Source of the DNA: Monocercomonoides exilis PA203
Lineage: Eukaryota > Protista > Preaxostyla
Assembly (NCBI GenBank): GCA_001643675.2
Contig: LSRY02000018.1
Location: forward strand, 1,533,599-1,597,598
DNA: 64,000 bases
Reading direction: 5' to 3'
In this document: positions 42,300 through 55,449 of the stretch, piece by piece
How positions within the stretch are numbered: position 1 is the stretch's first letter
Layout: each line of letters opens with the position of its first letter
Made by a program: the position numbers and the translations under genes
Notes under the pieces: generated by a model
What the model was told of the DNA's origin: nothing
What the model saw: the letters and a program-made list of their open reading frames with translations, nothing else
Databases searched by the model: none

Positions 42300-45200
42300 G
42301 CCTTCCAGCTCTTGCGGAAATATCTTTTAATTGTTCATGTATTTTTCAATCTCCTCATTTATTCGCTTTTTTCAGCTTCTTCCTCTTCTCCCTTCTCCTC
42401 TCAATTTCTTCTGCTTCATCTTTGTTATATTCCACACATTTCGAGTTGAAGCAAAGAATAGTCAAACAAATGCATTAAAACCATTCAATTCTACAGAGCT
42501 GCCGTGCGAGCCAAAATTTTTTTCATTCAGTTTTCCTGCTCTTAGCAGCATCGTCAGTACCATCAATACATTCTGCAGCTTCGCTGAATGTGCATTTGAA
42601 CTGTTTTCCTCTTCCCCAGAGGCGTATTCCGCTCTGCTTCAACATTTCATATGGCTTCTGTGCGCAGGCTGTGCTGAATGAGGCGAATGGAATGAGAGTG
42701 GAAAGGAGCTTCAAGGTACATTACATTTATCAGCTCGCTTTCTGACACTGCTAAGAAGCGAAGAGTGCGGAGTAAAGCTAAATTGAAGAGGTAAAGAAGG
42801 TGGATTTCAGAAGCAAATTGAGCGCAGAGCGGAGGAAAAGGAGGCAGTTGGAAGAGCCCAAGGCGAAGACGAAGAAGAAGGAGAAAGACGAGTTTTGCAC
42901 ATCACAAATTGATGCATTCGACACAAGGCTTCCACAGGAAGCAACAGAAAGGAGGAGGAAGGATAGGTGAAGAGAAGAAGGTGGTGATAAAGGCAATGAC
43001 AGCAACATTTATTTTGCTCGTTCGACGGTACACTTTTATCTGTCCAGCTGCACACTCAAAACTTCACAGCCTCCTCAACATTTGCTACTCCTTCTTTTTC
43101 TCCCTTGCCACACACACAATTGCCTGCCCCTTCAGTTCTTGTTTGAACTCCGCTTAATCCCTTCACACCTTCATCTCCCGCCACAGACTTCTCTTCACTC
43201 ACTCAGAAGTTGCTCAACATATCTAGCCCAATCACTGCCTCCTTATCTAGCATGTCTTCTTCCTCTTCTTCTTCTTCCTCTCCTTCTTTTTCTATTTCTT
43301 CCTTCTCGCTTCCACCGCTTGTGACTGTGCCGATCCCTCGTGCGATTCTCGGGAAGAGCAGATTGGGCAATGCAGGTGTGTTTGCAAGCAGCAGCGTGTC
43401 AGCGACGAGGGATGTGTTTGAGCCACAGAGCATCCTTCTGAACTATGCAGCGTATGTGGCTAGCCAGGGGATTCGGGTGGGTGGAGAGAAGGAGAAAAAG
43501 AAAGGGAATGGAGAGAAGAAGGATGAGAAGAGGAGTGCAAACTAGTATATGAGTGATAAAGATGAAAAGGGATCGTTGTGTCTGACAAATGAATGCATCG
43601 ATAATGAGAAAGATGAATAAGAAGAAGAGGAAGATGGATTTAACAAAGACATTAGAAAGGCTCAGAAAGAATGTTTCTCAAAAGTGAAGATGAAAGGAGC
43701 TGAGACGAAGTATAAATCTGTTACTGTTCTAACCACAATTAACTTTGGTTTTCTGATCAAATTTGAAATAGATGAAAGGTTCAGAAACAAATCATCGGAA
43801 AGCTGTTCACTTTCTCAACATCGGCGTTCTTCACCACGTCATTTTCATTTTGCACTTCTCCTTCTGCTTCTTCTTCTTCTTCGGTATCTTTCATATCGTC
43901 TGTTTCATCACCCCAGTTACAACCTCAATTCTCTACCTTATCATCTGCGACATTGTCATCGCACACTCTTCCTCCTTCTCTTCTGAACTCATTGCATCCA
44001 CTCGACGCCCTCACCATCCTCTCTTTTCTGTCTTCTTCCTCCTCCATTTTCCAATTCACAATCCTCTTCAAAAGCGCAGGATCAAGGCACGTGGCACGTT
44101 CGCTTTTGTATGTGGGAAGGAATTGAGCAGATTCTGCTGTTCTGCATTCTGATGAGCTGATCACGCACATCTTCATCTTTTCCACAAAGATGTTGATTGT
44201 TTGATATTTCATTTGTAATTAAGATTATTTTTTTATAATAAAAATTAATATTTATCAATCAAAATTTTGAATTTATTTCTATTTTTAATAATTTAACATG
44301 ATGTGAAAATAAGATATGCTATCAGGTTTTGACTCTTTTTCACGAATTAGTTAACCTTTTCTTTATTCAGTTTCTTTTTTTTGTTTTTTCAATTTTCAAA
44401 GTGTTTTTATTAAACTTCTCATCGATGCAATTTTCACAAGTTCTTCGTCAAATCTTCCTCAATCTTTGATTTCAACGTGCTATACTTCATTTTCCTCTTC
44501 TTGTTTCTTTTCTTTCTCTGTCTGTGAGGCGCTTGCTCTTTATCTACCAGCCCTGGCACCGTATTTTGCTGCCAACGAAGCCATTGCTGCGATCTATTAG
44601 AAATTCATGATTCTTCTTTTTCAAGACAACGCAAACTGATACCATTCAGTTCATAGCAATCTGAACACTTCCAGAACTCGTTATCTTCTTCAGATTCTTC
44701 TTTTTCTTCTTTTGAAGTTCATAATACGCCATATTATCTGTTCAAGTGTTTTCTTTTGTTGAAAACTTTGTTGTTCAGAGCTTTTGAATTGCACGTTACT
44801 CAAGCCACACAATAAACTTTTCTCCAGAAGCCTCAGTGCTTTTTAGATTAATGTCTGTTTACTGTACTGTTGTAATTTCCTTTTTTGCTCTATTTCTTTG
44901 TATTACATTCATTTATCATCTGGGGCGACAGATAAATCGAAGCCTACATCTGCTGGAAAACAGGAAGAGGGGAAAACACACATCACAGCCGAGCGTGCAA
45001 AGAAGTGTGCAACTTTTGAATTCAATAAAAAGGAGTACTTCTATTTGATGAAGATCTTTCGCCATAGCTGTGGTGAAATAAGCGGTTAGGGACTTTAATG
45101 GAGATTATATTTCTCCTGTTTTCTGCTTTTTTCTCAATGGAAGAAATTGCATTTTTTTCTACAACTGCTTCTGTGAATGTCGATTTTCATTTTGAAAAGA
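42300..45200. pseudogene. Mosaic of decayed coding fragments of unidentified genes on both strands
   Basis: Coding-like composition with frequent stops and frameshifts. No recognisable motif. Confidence 0.35.
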
Positions 45201-46249
45201 TGAACAAAAGAAACAGCAAGAAGAATACAAGAAGTACACTTGGGTGAATGAAAGAGAAACAAAGAACTCTTTACATTTTCGTTTTCCTTTTTCATCTTCT
45301 TCACTTTTTTTTCCTCTTTCTTCTTTCAACGCTCGTTTCTTTTCTCCACGTCCTTTGAACTTCTTCTTCTTCTCCTCCTATTCCGTTCATCGTTTCATCT
45401 CTCTTTCGTCTCTTCATTTTCCTCCGCCTCTCTTATTCTATTTCACATCTCTTCTTCTTTCAGTCACTTCTTTCTTTCTTATACAGTTATTCTGCCTTTT
45501 GCATCTTGAATATTTCCTATTTCTTCTTTTTCTTTTTCATATTCACAGTTTTCGTCGAAATACAAAATAAATGTTATTTATTTTATTTCAATTTTGTAGC
45601 ACAAAATAAACATTCATTTAATCAAAGAATATCAGCTTTTGTTAATGAAAACGAAAAAGATTTAATATCAATCAGAGAATTGTTGATTAATGTGAACACA
45701 AATCATGAAAATTGTATCTGGATTTGTAATTTAGAAGTGGAAAAAATACGCATTGAACTGAAAAAGCAAGACATATAATGATATTTTGTTTGGTTGATTG
45801 TTAGAAAGACATTCGGCAGATTGCACAACTCCTAATGCCTTCAACGAGCAATCGAAGAAGAAACAAGGGAGGAAAAGCTAATGCATTGAAGTTACATATT
45901 TGAAGTGCAATCCAATGAAGCAGGTAAATCTTCAGCTGAAAAAAAAGAGAATTGGGAAGAACTTTCCGATATAATTCATAAAGGAAGACTGAAGATTTCC
46001 TTTCTCAACGAGCTTCATTTTCATTTGATGAAGATGCCATATCAAATGGAAAATGACAAAGAAATAAAACAACATGTGCTGATTTTGAGCACCATGAAAG
46101 ATAAGTGATGACATAAACTCTTGTTGAAAAGAAGATGAAATCTCAATATGTTTTCTGTGATATGGATAAAGTTTCAAAATTTTTAAGATGAAATATTTGA
46201 TGAAAGTTCAATATTAAGAATAATGTAAATAGAAGAAATACTGATGAAA

Positions 46250-47300
46250 AAAAAATGGCAATTGTTTTCAGTGATTTTTGGCTCAAACGCACTGAAAGTG
46301 AGTGTTTGAGTGGGAGCAAATGTTGAAGAGAGGAGGGTGAGAGAGGCGTCTTGGGTATCTGTCATGCGAACAAGAGCGAATTCAATTGTTGCGCATGGAC
46401 TGAGTTGTGTGATTCCACAGAGATCATAATTTATTCCATTATTCGATACGATTTTGAATGTTGTTATGAGAGGGAGCCATCTGTTGAACTCAACATCATC
46501 AGCAGTTCCTGCATTCCACACTCTTTTTGATTTTGTTGTTGACCCACACTGATTGAATGGGGATTGGGTGATACTGCTGCCATTGAAGAACACATCGTTT
46601 CCTCTTCCATTTGTCGCAGTGTTGCCATCGATGAAACAAAATGTGATGAATTTTGATCCATTTATCCAATTGAAGGTTGCATCCAAATAAATACCAGCTC
46701 CGCCACGTGTTGATGAAGTTAATGTCAACTCATTATTTTCAAATTGGCAATCATTAACCAAAAATTGATTTGGTTTGATTCCTGGAGGAGCATTGAATGT
46801 GAGAGATCCAGTTGAATAACCACCGGAATTTGAGATGCACTTGCATTTGGAAAACAGGAATTGACAGTTTTCTGTAAAAGAACCAATATAGAAATACCAG
46901 CCAGTTCCACACCAATCTGTTATTGAACAACTTTCAACTTTGTTTTCTGAGAATATCCAAACAGAATTTGTTTGCGGATTCCATGAGGTGACTACTCCTC
47001 CATAAGCAGCTGAACAACTGGAGAAATCAGATTTTGCGATGTCAATTTTCAGCAAGTTATCTCAACGTATTGCACTACCGTGATTTGTATTTGAATAATT
47101 ATCGAATGAGCACGAATTGATTTCGAGATTTGCGTTTGTGCAGTTAACATAAATTACACTTCCATGGACAGCTTCACTGTTTGAATCATTCAATTCACAT
47201 CATTCAAAATGATGTTTATTATCGTCAAAGGAATCCAGTCTTCCAAGTTTCACTCTTTTAGATTTTGTTCCAACATGTGCAACAGAATCATTTGATAAAA
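46250..47300 (-). pseudogene. Fragment of a Cys/Ser/Asn-rich beta-helix repeat surface protein
   Basis: Motifs SSCSAAYGGVV, RGGAGIYL, GNTATNGRGNDVFF, CGITQLSPCATIEFAL. The upstream continuation is interrupted by stops and frameshifts. Confidence 0.65.
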
Positions 47301-49509
47301 AGTGTATTTGATGGAGGAAAGAAGGTGATGAAGGCAGAGAGAAGTTGAGGCTGTTGAAAGAGTTGATAATAGCACCATTGACGTTGATGTGAGTGAAGAT
47401 GAAGAGAGAGAAAACATCGTACGAAGGATGGAGATAAGAATATAAAGATGAATAAAAGTATTAAAAGTTTATTATCTACCAAACCTCTTTGAGCTAACTT
47501 TTGCATTAATTTGCGCATAGAAAAAAGAAATTGAATAGGCACTTCACTATTTCACTTTCCTTTTTCAGTCCACAGAAATCGCATCATCTGTGTTTTCAAG
47601 AATGAAAACTCAAACACCCTGGTGAAATAAACGATCAACTGGCAAATTCAGTTTTCAGGTTTTCCATCATGAGAAATATTTGTTCAAAATTACAAATAAT
47701 ACTATTTTAATTCAAAAGAATAAGAATCCTGGATAAAAATGTTCTATATCCAAAAAGAAAACAACACCAAATACTTCGATAAAATACATTAATCATTGAA
47801 TTTCTTTCATTTGATGTTTTTCATGAAAATTTTTGCTTTTTTTGATTGGCATTCATTATTTTTGATAAGGAAACTTCATTTTGTTTAAACACAGTTGCAA
47901 CCTTTGAGGAGTTAGATCTGATTCCATCTGATTGCTTTACACTGGTTTGTTTCAACTGTTTTTCGTTGATTCAGTTTTTGAATGTTCATTAGAACATTTT
48001 CGTTCAGAAATCTTTCAAATGTTAATTTCACATTTGTTGAGAATACTGTGCTTTTTATTGTTTTCGATGAATCGTTTTTGATTGCAAAGACCACGTTTTG
48101 TCTGAAGCAAAACACAATGGTTAATTCATCACTTGTTATCAAAACACTTTTTCCTAGATATTTCAATGTTGTTTAACCATTCCGCTGTTTTTGTTCTTCA
48201 AAATTTCAGATTAAAAAAATAATTCATCTAAAAAAACAGAACAAGAAAGCTTCTATGTGTGATTAAAAGCTATTTTCAAACCAGTTTTATTTTAGGATAA
48301 TTTTGAAAATATTTAAATAGAAATGCAAAACAGAAAGGAGACTAATTATTCAATATTCAAATAAATGACTTCACAAAGAAATGCGCAACAAAAATTGAAA
48401 ATTTCTTAATGAATCTTTAAAAGTTCTTGAAAAAACAACAATGAAATAAATAAATTAATGAAAGATAATATATCTTTCAATATGAAATAGATAAATACAT
48501 TATATTGTAACGAATGCCGAAATATACGATATTCATTAATTGATTTCTTCTCAAATTATCAAGAAAAAGGAAATTGTGTTTTGATATGAGAAACTGCATA
48601 CAAAAACAGATTTGCACTCAAGGAGCATGTTTGAAATTCGTTCAGAAATATAAAAAGAATAAAAATCCAATAATTATGAATCAATAATGCAACTTCATTA
48701 ACTCAAAAAACATTTTGACTTTGAAAAAGAAGGATTTCACCGATATATTTTGATGCATTTTGTTTCAATCAAATATCTTGTATCTTTCAAAAAGTGCTTT
48801 TGTTGTTTGAATGCCCAGTAAAATGCAACAATCTTCAAATGTAATAATATCAGTACTGGATGGAAATTCAATGAAGAGGATAATTCTGAAAAAAGATATC
48901 TTGCATAAATAAAACGAATGACTAAATGAAACTATCTCGATGTGTTAACTGAACGAAGCTTCAAATACATTCTATTCTTCTTATTCATGTTTATGCAATA
49001 ATTACCATCTTTGCACTTGATAGATAAAACAGAATTTCAAAAGTTACAAATGAGAAAATACTTTTTTTATATATTGAGTTTATCAAATGGAATATGCTTT
49101 CATTCTCTTTTGAAAACTTGTTTCATTAAAATACTTCATTGATCAGAATATATAAAAAATTTCATATCATTTTGTCAAAGCAAAGTTTTGTTGTTTAAAC
49201 TTTTATTCACGTGAATTGAATTTTAATTGAAGTTTTTGTATGCAAATGATGCAAAAAATATTATCTTATATGGGCTAAAATATTAGATCAGAAACATATT
49301 GACCACAAATTGTTCAAAACGAAATTTTTGCATGTTTAGACGGTATACCAGATCACAAGAAAACATGTGTGTCCAATTTCACATGGTCATTATCTTTTTT
49401 TCATATTCGTTTTAAACATTCACAAAGACAAAACAAATTCAATTTCAAAAGTTGTCATTGTTAAATATTTTTTAATGTATTAGAAAATTATCAATTCATA
49501 TTTTTAAAG

Positions 49510-52500
49510 ATAAACGAGACAAAAACAACGAAATTGTTTGCGACGTTGCTAAAGAAACGGATCACAATTTTCAAGATTCAGACAAAAATCAAGAACAAAT
49601 ATCGAAACCATATTCAAGTTCCAAAGATTGCAGCTCTCCAATTACTTCACATTCAATCACTAATCCAACAACTGCATGTAGTGTCCCAAATAACATTCAA
49701 ACATCTCCTTACAATGATGTTATTGCAACACCAAGATTGTACAACAGATTGGCTGAAAAAGATGAAGAAGATAACAGAAAATATCTGAATGTGGAAAAGA
49801 GTAAAAAAAATGAACGCAAAATCAAAGATGGAAATGATGTTCCTTCAATAACTGAGTGGCTGTTCACAATGACATGCAATCCAAAAGTTCCAAAAATTGA
49901 TTATTACTCTTCAATCTATAATTCTTTACCTAAACAACCATCATTAAAATCCATTAGAAAATATGCACATGTGTCAATTTTTCCAAGACCGTTATTTTTT
50001 TCAAAGAAGGAAGATTTGGACAAGCTTTGCAAACGATTTCTTTTAAATGAGGAAAAGGATGCTCAAAAAGAACTCAGGAAGAAAAGGAAAAAGAAAAACC
50101 ACTGTAGTGCAGAACTTTCATCAAGTTCAAGTGTGAACATTGATTTTGATTATGTCAATAGTTCAGAGAAAAGAAAGAGAACCAAAACAAACAACACAAC
50201 CACTCATATTATCCAATCTGCTTCAATCAGTTCTGTGGATTATGCAAATCTTATTCAACATGAATCAGAATGTGGAGGAGTTTTGTCACAATCAGATCAA
50301 TCTGAAGATGGTGATTGTTTCAGCTCAAACAGTGTTTTGAAACATAGAAACGAGTCGGAGTTTTCCACAACAAATGAAAATTACAGCTCGACAAAAAAAA
50401 TGGAGGTGATTGAAAACGAAAATCAAACAATTCAAGCTTCACCTGTTGCAACAACACAACAAAAAAATGGAGTTTCTGATGGAAGTTTTCTTCGTGCAAT
50501 GGATGGTTTTGATGAAGAAAGATTGATGGAAGAAATGGAGCAAAATCTGTTTGATCTATCAGATCATGATTTCACTTCAGAAATTGATAAATACACAATT
50601 AGAACATCACAAGACAACAAAGAGTCTTCTGATATGTCTATCATCAAAAGGAAAAGAGGTCGTCCAAAGAAAGAAAAGTCAGATCGTTCACAAAATAAAC
50701 TTCATCGTGTTGGGCGTTGCAAACAAACAATTCATGGCAAAAGAACTCCTTCAAAAAAGTGCAACATAAAACACATAAAGAACAGGAGGATAAAATCAAT
50801 TATGAACAAATCAATACACACTGTTAATGCTCTAAAACCATCAATCAACTCCAAGTTAAACATTTGTTTGGAATATCCAAAAAGAGAACTCCTTTCAAGA
50901 GAGGCAAAAACAAACTGTATAGAAAAAATGAATGATATGTTTAATACTGCTTCTTTGAAAGAGAAACTCACAAGTGAAAAGGAAAGTGATTCAGAGTTCA
51001 CACCTTCAAAAGGCACGTCACACATTCATGATGAGAAAATGCACAATGATAATGACTTTTGCAATTTCACTTCTTCTGAACATGACAGTTCACAACACTC
51101 AGATCAAGACTCAATTATATCTCAAGATGAACTTTTATCTATTAACAATGCAAAATTGAAAAAATGCAAAAAGAAATTTGTTGAAAGACAAACAAAAGAC
51201 TCTTCTAAAAAAAACAAACTCCCCAAATTGAAAAGGAGAACTATATTGGACACGGAGGAAAACTGTGGTTTTCTTCAACGAAAGTTGGAAGATTTATCAA
51301 AGGAATCAAAAGACATAAATGAACAAATCAGTTTTGATATGTCCACAAAACTTGCACTGACAACTGAAGATGTGTATGGTGTTTCAGGACAAATACTTTA
51401 TCCTGTTGATAATCGAACACCAAAAAGTTCAAATCCAATATTAACAACTCCTCGCAATGCATATGACACACCAACTGCTTTCAGTCAAGCATTGCGCACA
51501 TATGATATGGAAACACTTGCACCATATACGCAAAAGGGTATTCCTGTTGATGAAGTGAAAAAGAAATCACATGCTTGGGCTTTTGGAATGTACACGTTGT
51601 ATTGCGAACGATTTAAAAAGGAACCTTGGCCTGTGGATGGAGAAACCATGTATGGTTTTGTGAAGTTAATTGGGACTGCTTTAAATTATTCATTGAAAAG
51701 TATAAGAGATTCAATAATCCCTTCATTGTACTACTTGTCATGGTACAGAACAAAAACATTAGTTAATTCAGAAGTTAGAAAACTTGTTCTTTTGGCGGAG
51801 TCTGAAGTGCAATTTCAACGAAATGAAATGTTTGAGAAGGGGCATTATGAAAAAGCAAAATGTGTGTCAAAACATAAGGAACCACTAATTGTTCCTGATT
51901 TGAATGTTATACTTTCGAGCATTCCTGATTGGTTTGTTGAAAAACCAAGAGAGGCTTCTTTGTTTCTTTTTGCTTTGGCCACAGGGGCGCGAAGCCACAC
52001 ATGTTCAAAAATAAGACTAATGGATATTGTGAGGGTGTTTGTAAATAATTCATCAACATTTGTGAAGGTCACAATTAATTTAGCATGTGGAAAAGGGGTA
52101 AGAAATGACGACCATTGTGTAACAGTTGAAGGAAACATCACAGAAAAACACACATTGAATGTTATCTGGTGGCTGGAGGAGTTTCTTGTTCAAGAATATG
52201 GATTATCACTAACAAAATACGACAAATGGAATTTAGGAAGGATGGGGGTGCAGTTTTTATGGGGATTGAGGAAGGGTGCGATGAGAGCAAGGCTTCAAAA
52301 AAGATCATTCCAAGCTGGGTACCCCTCACAATTATTTGGTTTTCACTCTTTGAGATCTGGTTTTATCAGTTCAGCTTTTTTGAAAATTGGAAATAAACCT
52401 GAACTCAAAGAAAACGTTCTTGAAACAGCAGCATTTGTTGCGAAATGGAAACCAGGGTCGCAAGTGGAGGTGAATTATGTTGATAAAACAAGTAGGAGCA

Positions 52501-53267
52501 CAATAATTGCAAATCGAATAAACTATCCAGATGAGGTGTTGGAAGGAGATGAGTTGTTTTGTGCAGATCTTTCAAATCCTACTGTTTTTCATAACATTAC
52601 GATGGGCAAAAGTCAATGGAATGATGATGGAATCATTGAAACATTCTCAAAATTTGTTATTGAGACTTTGAAATTGGTTTGCAAAAAGTTTCATTATCCA
52701 TACCAACACATAACCAAACTTAATAGAATTGCTGCGGAAAGATTTTTGAAATTGAATGGTATTGATAAAGTTGTCAAAGCGAAGGGAATTCAAGCTTCAA
52801 AGGATTTTGTTTTGAAACAGTTGAAAGATAAGAAGGGTGACATTGTTTCAATTGGACTTCAATATGTCAACACAATTAAGGAATATTTAGAAGGAACTGT
52901 TCGTTTGCATGTTTCAGGAAAAGAGATCAGGAAAAAAGTGAGAGAAAGCAGAAGAAGGAATCTCATCACAAACACATCTGCACGAATCAAATGGACAACA
53001 ACAGAAGACAAAACGTTGATTGCAATGTTTCTGGAAAAGAAGACTTACAAAGAAATGAGCAATGCTTTATCGTTCAGATCAGCCAATTCTTGTCGAGACA
53101 GGATCAGGAACATTGTCAAAACCCAACGGAAAAAGGAAATGCTATCCTTAAAACAAAATGAACAAGATGAACAAGATGGAAATTCAAGTTCTGATGATAA
53201 CACAGTTGACTTCTGTCAATACGCAGAGCAGTATTTGAATGATTTGTGTAGTGATGAGGATGAATAA
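49510..53267 (+). CDS. Tyrosine recombinase (phage-integrase fold) with long N-terminal disordered region, AT-hook and C-terminal Myb/SANT domain
   Basis: AT-hook KRKRGRPKK (~50647). Core-binding region (YTLYCE...PWPVDGETMYGFV...SLKSIR). Catalytic residues TGAR (R at 51990), HSLR (52344-52355), W (52446) and Y (52476). Myb-like KWTTTEDKTLI...RSANSCRDRIRN (~52990-53112). The frame is open upstream of the listed TTG to a likely acceptor at 49509; the true start is unresolved. Confidence 0.85.
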
Positions 53268-53449
53268 GCCTTGACAATATGAATATTACTTCTTTGAAAA
53301 CTGTGAATTATTAACTTTTTATTTGAAAAAAAACTCCAGTGACAATATTGAAGTCATGGTAATAGTCTGTGATTTAAACCTTATTATTTACGACTTTTTT
53401 TATCTGTTTAGTATTGAAAGCAAAATTATGAAGCATTAATTTTGCACAC

Positions 53450-55150
53450 CACTCATTTTATCCATTCCCATGTTTATTTTGGAATGTTGTTAATGATTGA
53501 TTTGTTATTATTTGTTCATTCTTATTGGTGAACAGTTATTGTTATCATTGTTGTTCAGGCTCTTGTTTTCTTTTAAATATTCTCAAAGACTGATAGTTTG
53601 TGAAGATCTTTTGTGTTTGAAATCAATACCAATTATTGAAATTCTTTCAAGCTGATCATTAACTGGATATCAATTGTATGTTGCAATTTAAATTTCCCCA
53701 TGAAACAAATAACTTCAAAATAAACTTGATTCATTGCTGTTGCAAATATTACCTCCCTGAAATAAAACTTTCATACTATTATGAATTGCAAGTACTCTGC
53801 GAAGATCTTTCCATTGAAATATTTCTAAAAAGACATAAATGATTTATTGAAAACATTATGATCTTCATTAACAGCAATTTTTTCTCTGTATTCACTTTTG
53901 TTGCTGCTTTAAAACGTTTCTTGTCAAATATTTATAAATGCGTTGTTTTCGATTAAAAGAAAACCAATTACAGAAACTTGTTATGTTATTCTTAAAACTT
54001 TTGCATGAAGGATTGAAATCAAAGAAAAGATGAGATATATGCACTTATACTTTAGCGACTCAAGAATATAACTTAATTTCACTGTTGAACTAGTCAAAGT
54101 TAATCATATTCATTTTTCATTTGGAGTTTTTGATTGAATAGCAATTAATCAAGTTATCTGATGAAGAATAACGATTGATGTTCCATAATTTTTCTGGATT
54201 TGAGCAAATAATTTGTTTGATCTCTCGTTGATGAAAGTTAAGAAAACATGGGATAACAAGTTTGTGAGAATGTATTTCGGAACAATATCTAAAACAAACA
54301 TATTCGTCATTTCAGTTTTAAACATAATGAAAACTTTTCTTTCAGTTGAAATTGTGCGGATTATCAGTAGTGCAAAGAATGAATGAAGTTTCTGCAAATG
54401 TATATAAATTCATCACCATAATGAATTGGTCATTTGTTATGTTCAACAATGCAACACAACGAACAATACCAGATGAAATACTTTTCTAATTTTTCACAAA
54501 TTGAAGGATTTGTGCTTCCATTCAACAATCACTGCATTTCACTCAACACAAAAAGTTCATCATGATCCAATTATATTTTGATTTTTTTGATTAGCTCTTT
54601 AAATGGATTGTTCCTTTTCTGATATGCAAAACATTCATGGATTTAATCCATTGTGAATGTGGAAATTAATTCAAATCTTCGAATTGAAATAACTGTTTCC
54701 AAGCATTCATTATCCATATAAAGAATTTGGATAACATTAAGGAATGCTGTTTCAATGATTTTTTGTTATTTAATGATGAATATGTTTCTTTCGATTAAAA
54801 ACATCTCTTTTTCTTGTTTTTTCCTTATAAAACCAGAATTACTGTTGAAAATAAATCACATATCCATATTCATTTTTATAGCTTTTCATCAACATCATGT
54901 TTATATGTTCAAAACAATCATTTATTCAAAAAATACTGAATGAATTTGTTATCTTCTGAAAAAAGTCTGATCCAAAACAAACTGCACTTTATTAATAAAA
55001 AGCTTGATTCTTTATGTGTGAATTTTTTGCAGTTATTTTGATATTCAAACTTGTAGGCTTTGTTTTTGAGCTTTGTGACAAAAATCTTCTGTTGTGGAGG
55101 TTTTATTTTTCAATGCTGTTTTTGTTTGATTGATGAGGAGAACAGGTAGT
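53450..55150 (-). pseudogene. AT-rich decayed ORF(s) convergent on the recombinase gene
   Basis: Coding-like minus-strand stretches (e.g. MNQVYFEVICFMGKFKLQHTIDIQLMISLKEFSIIG; ORF 54149-54397) broken by stops. No identifiable family. Confidence 0.35.
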
Positions 55151-55449
55151 GAAGGACAATCCAAAGCAACTCATAAAAGTTTTAATGTTCAATTTTTATT
55201 ATATTTTTCAACACAGAAAAAAGAATTTCTTCTATTGACACGAAAAGGAGAAAAATTCATTGGGAAAGAATTTTCTTAATTTTGTATTTAGTAGTTTATT
55301 ATGTAGAAAATATTGATGAAATATGAGATTTTTGGTGAGAAAAGAAAAGAAAAGTTAAACATGAAAAATCCAAGTTTTGCAAGTTTCATAATACTTGAAA
55401 GAGTTGGAAGGATTCAAGAAAATGAATGAATTTGTTTTGGGCTTTTCTT

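Noticed and set aside
49510-53267. Recombinase as a protelomerase, or as the YR of the DIRS element at the left edge
   Set aside because: The chromosome ends in ordinary telomerase-type repeats and the HSLR motif context is integrase-like. The DIRS element is 48 kb away and points out of the window.
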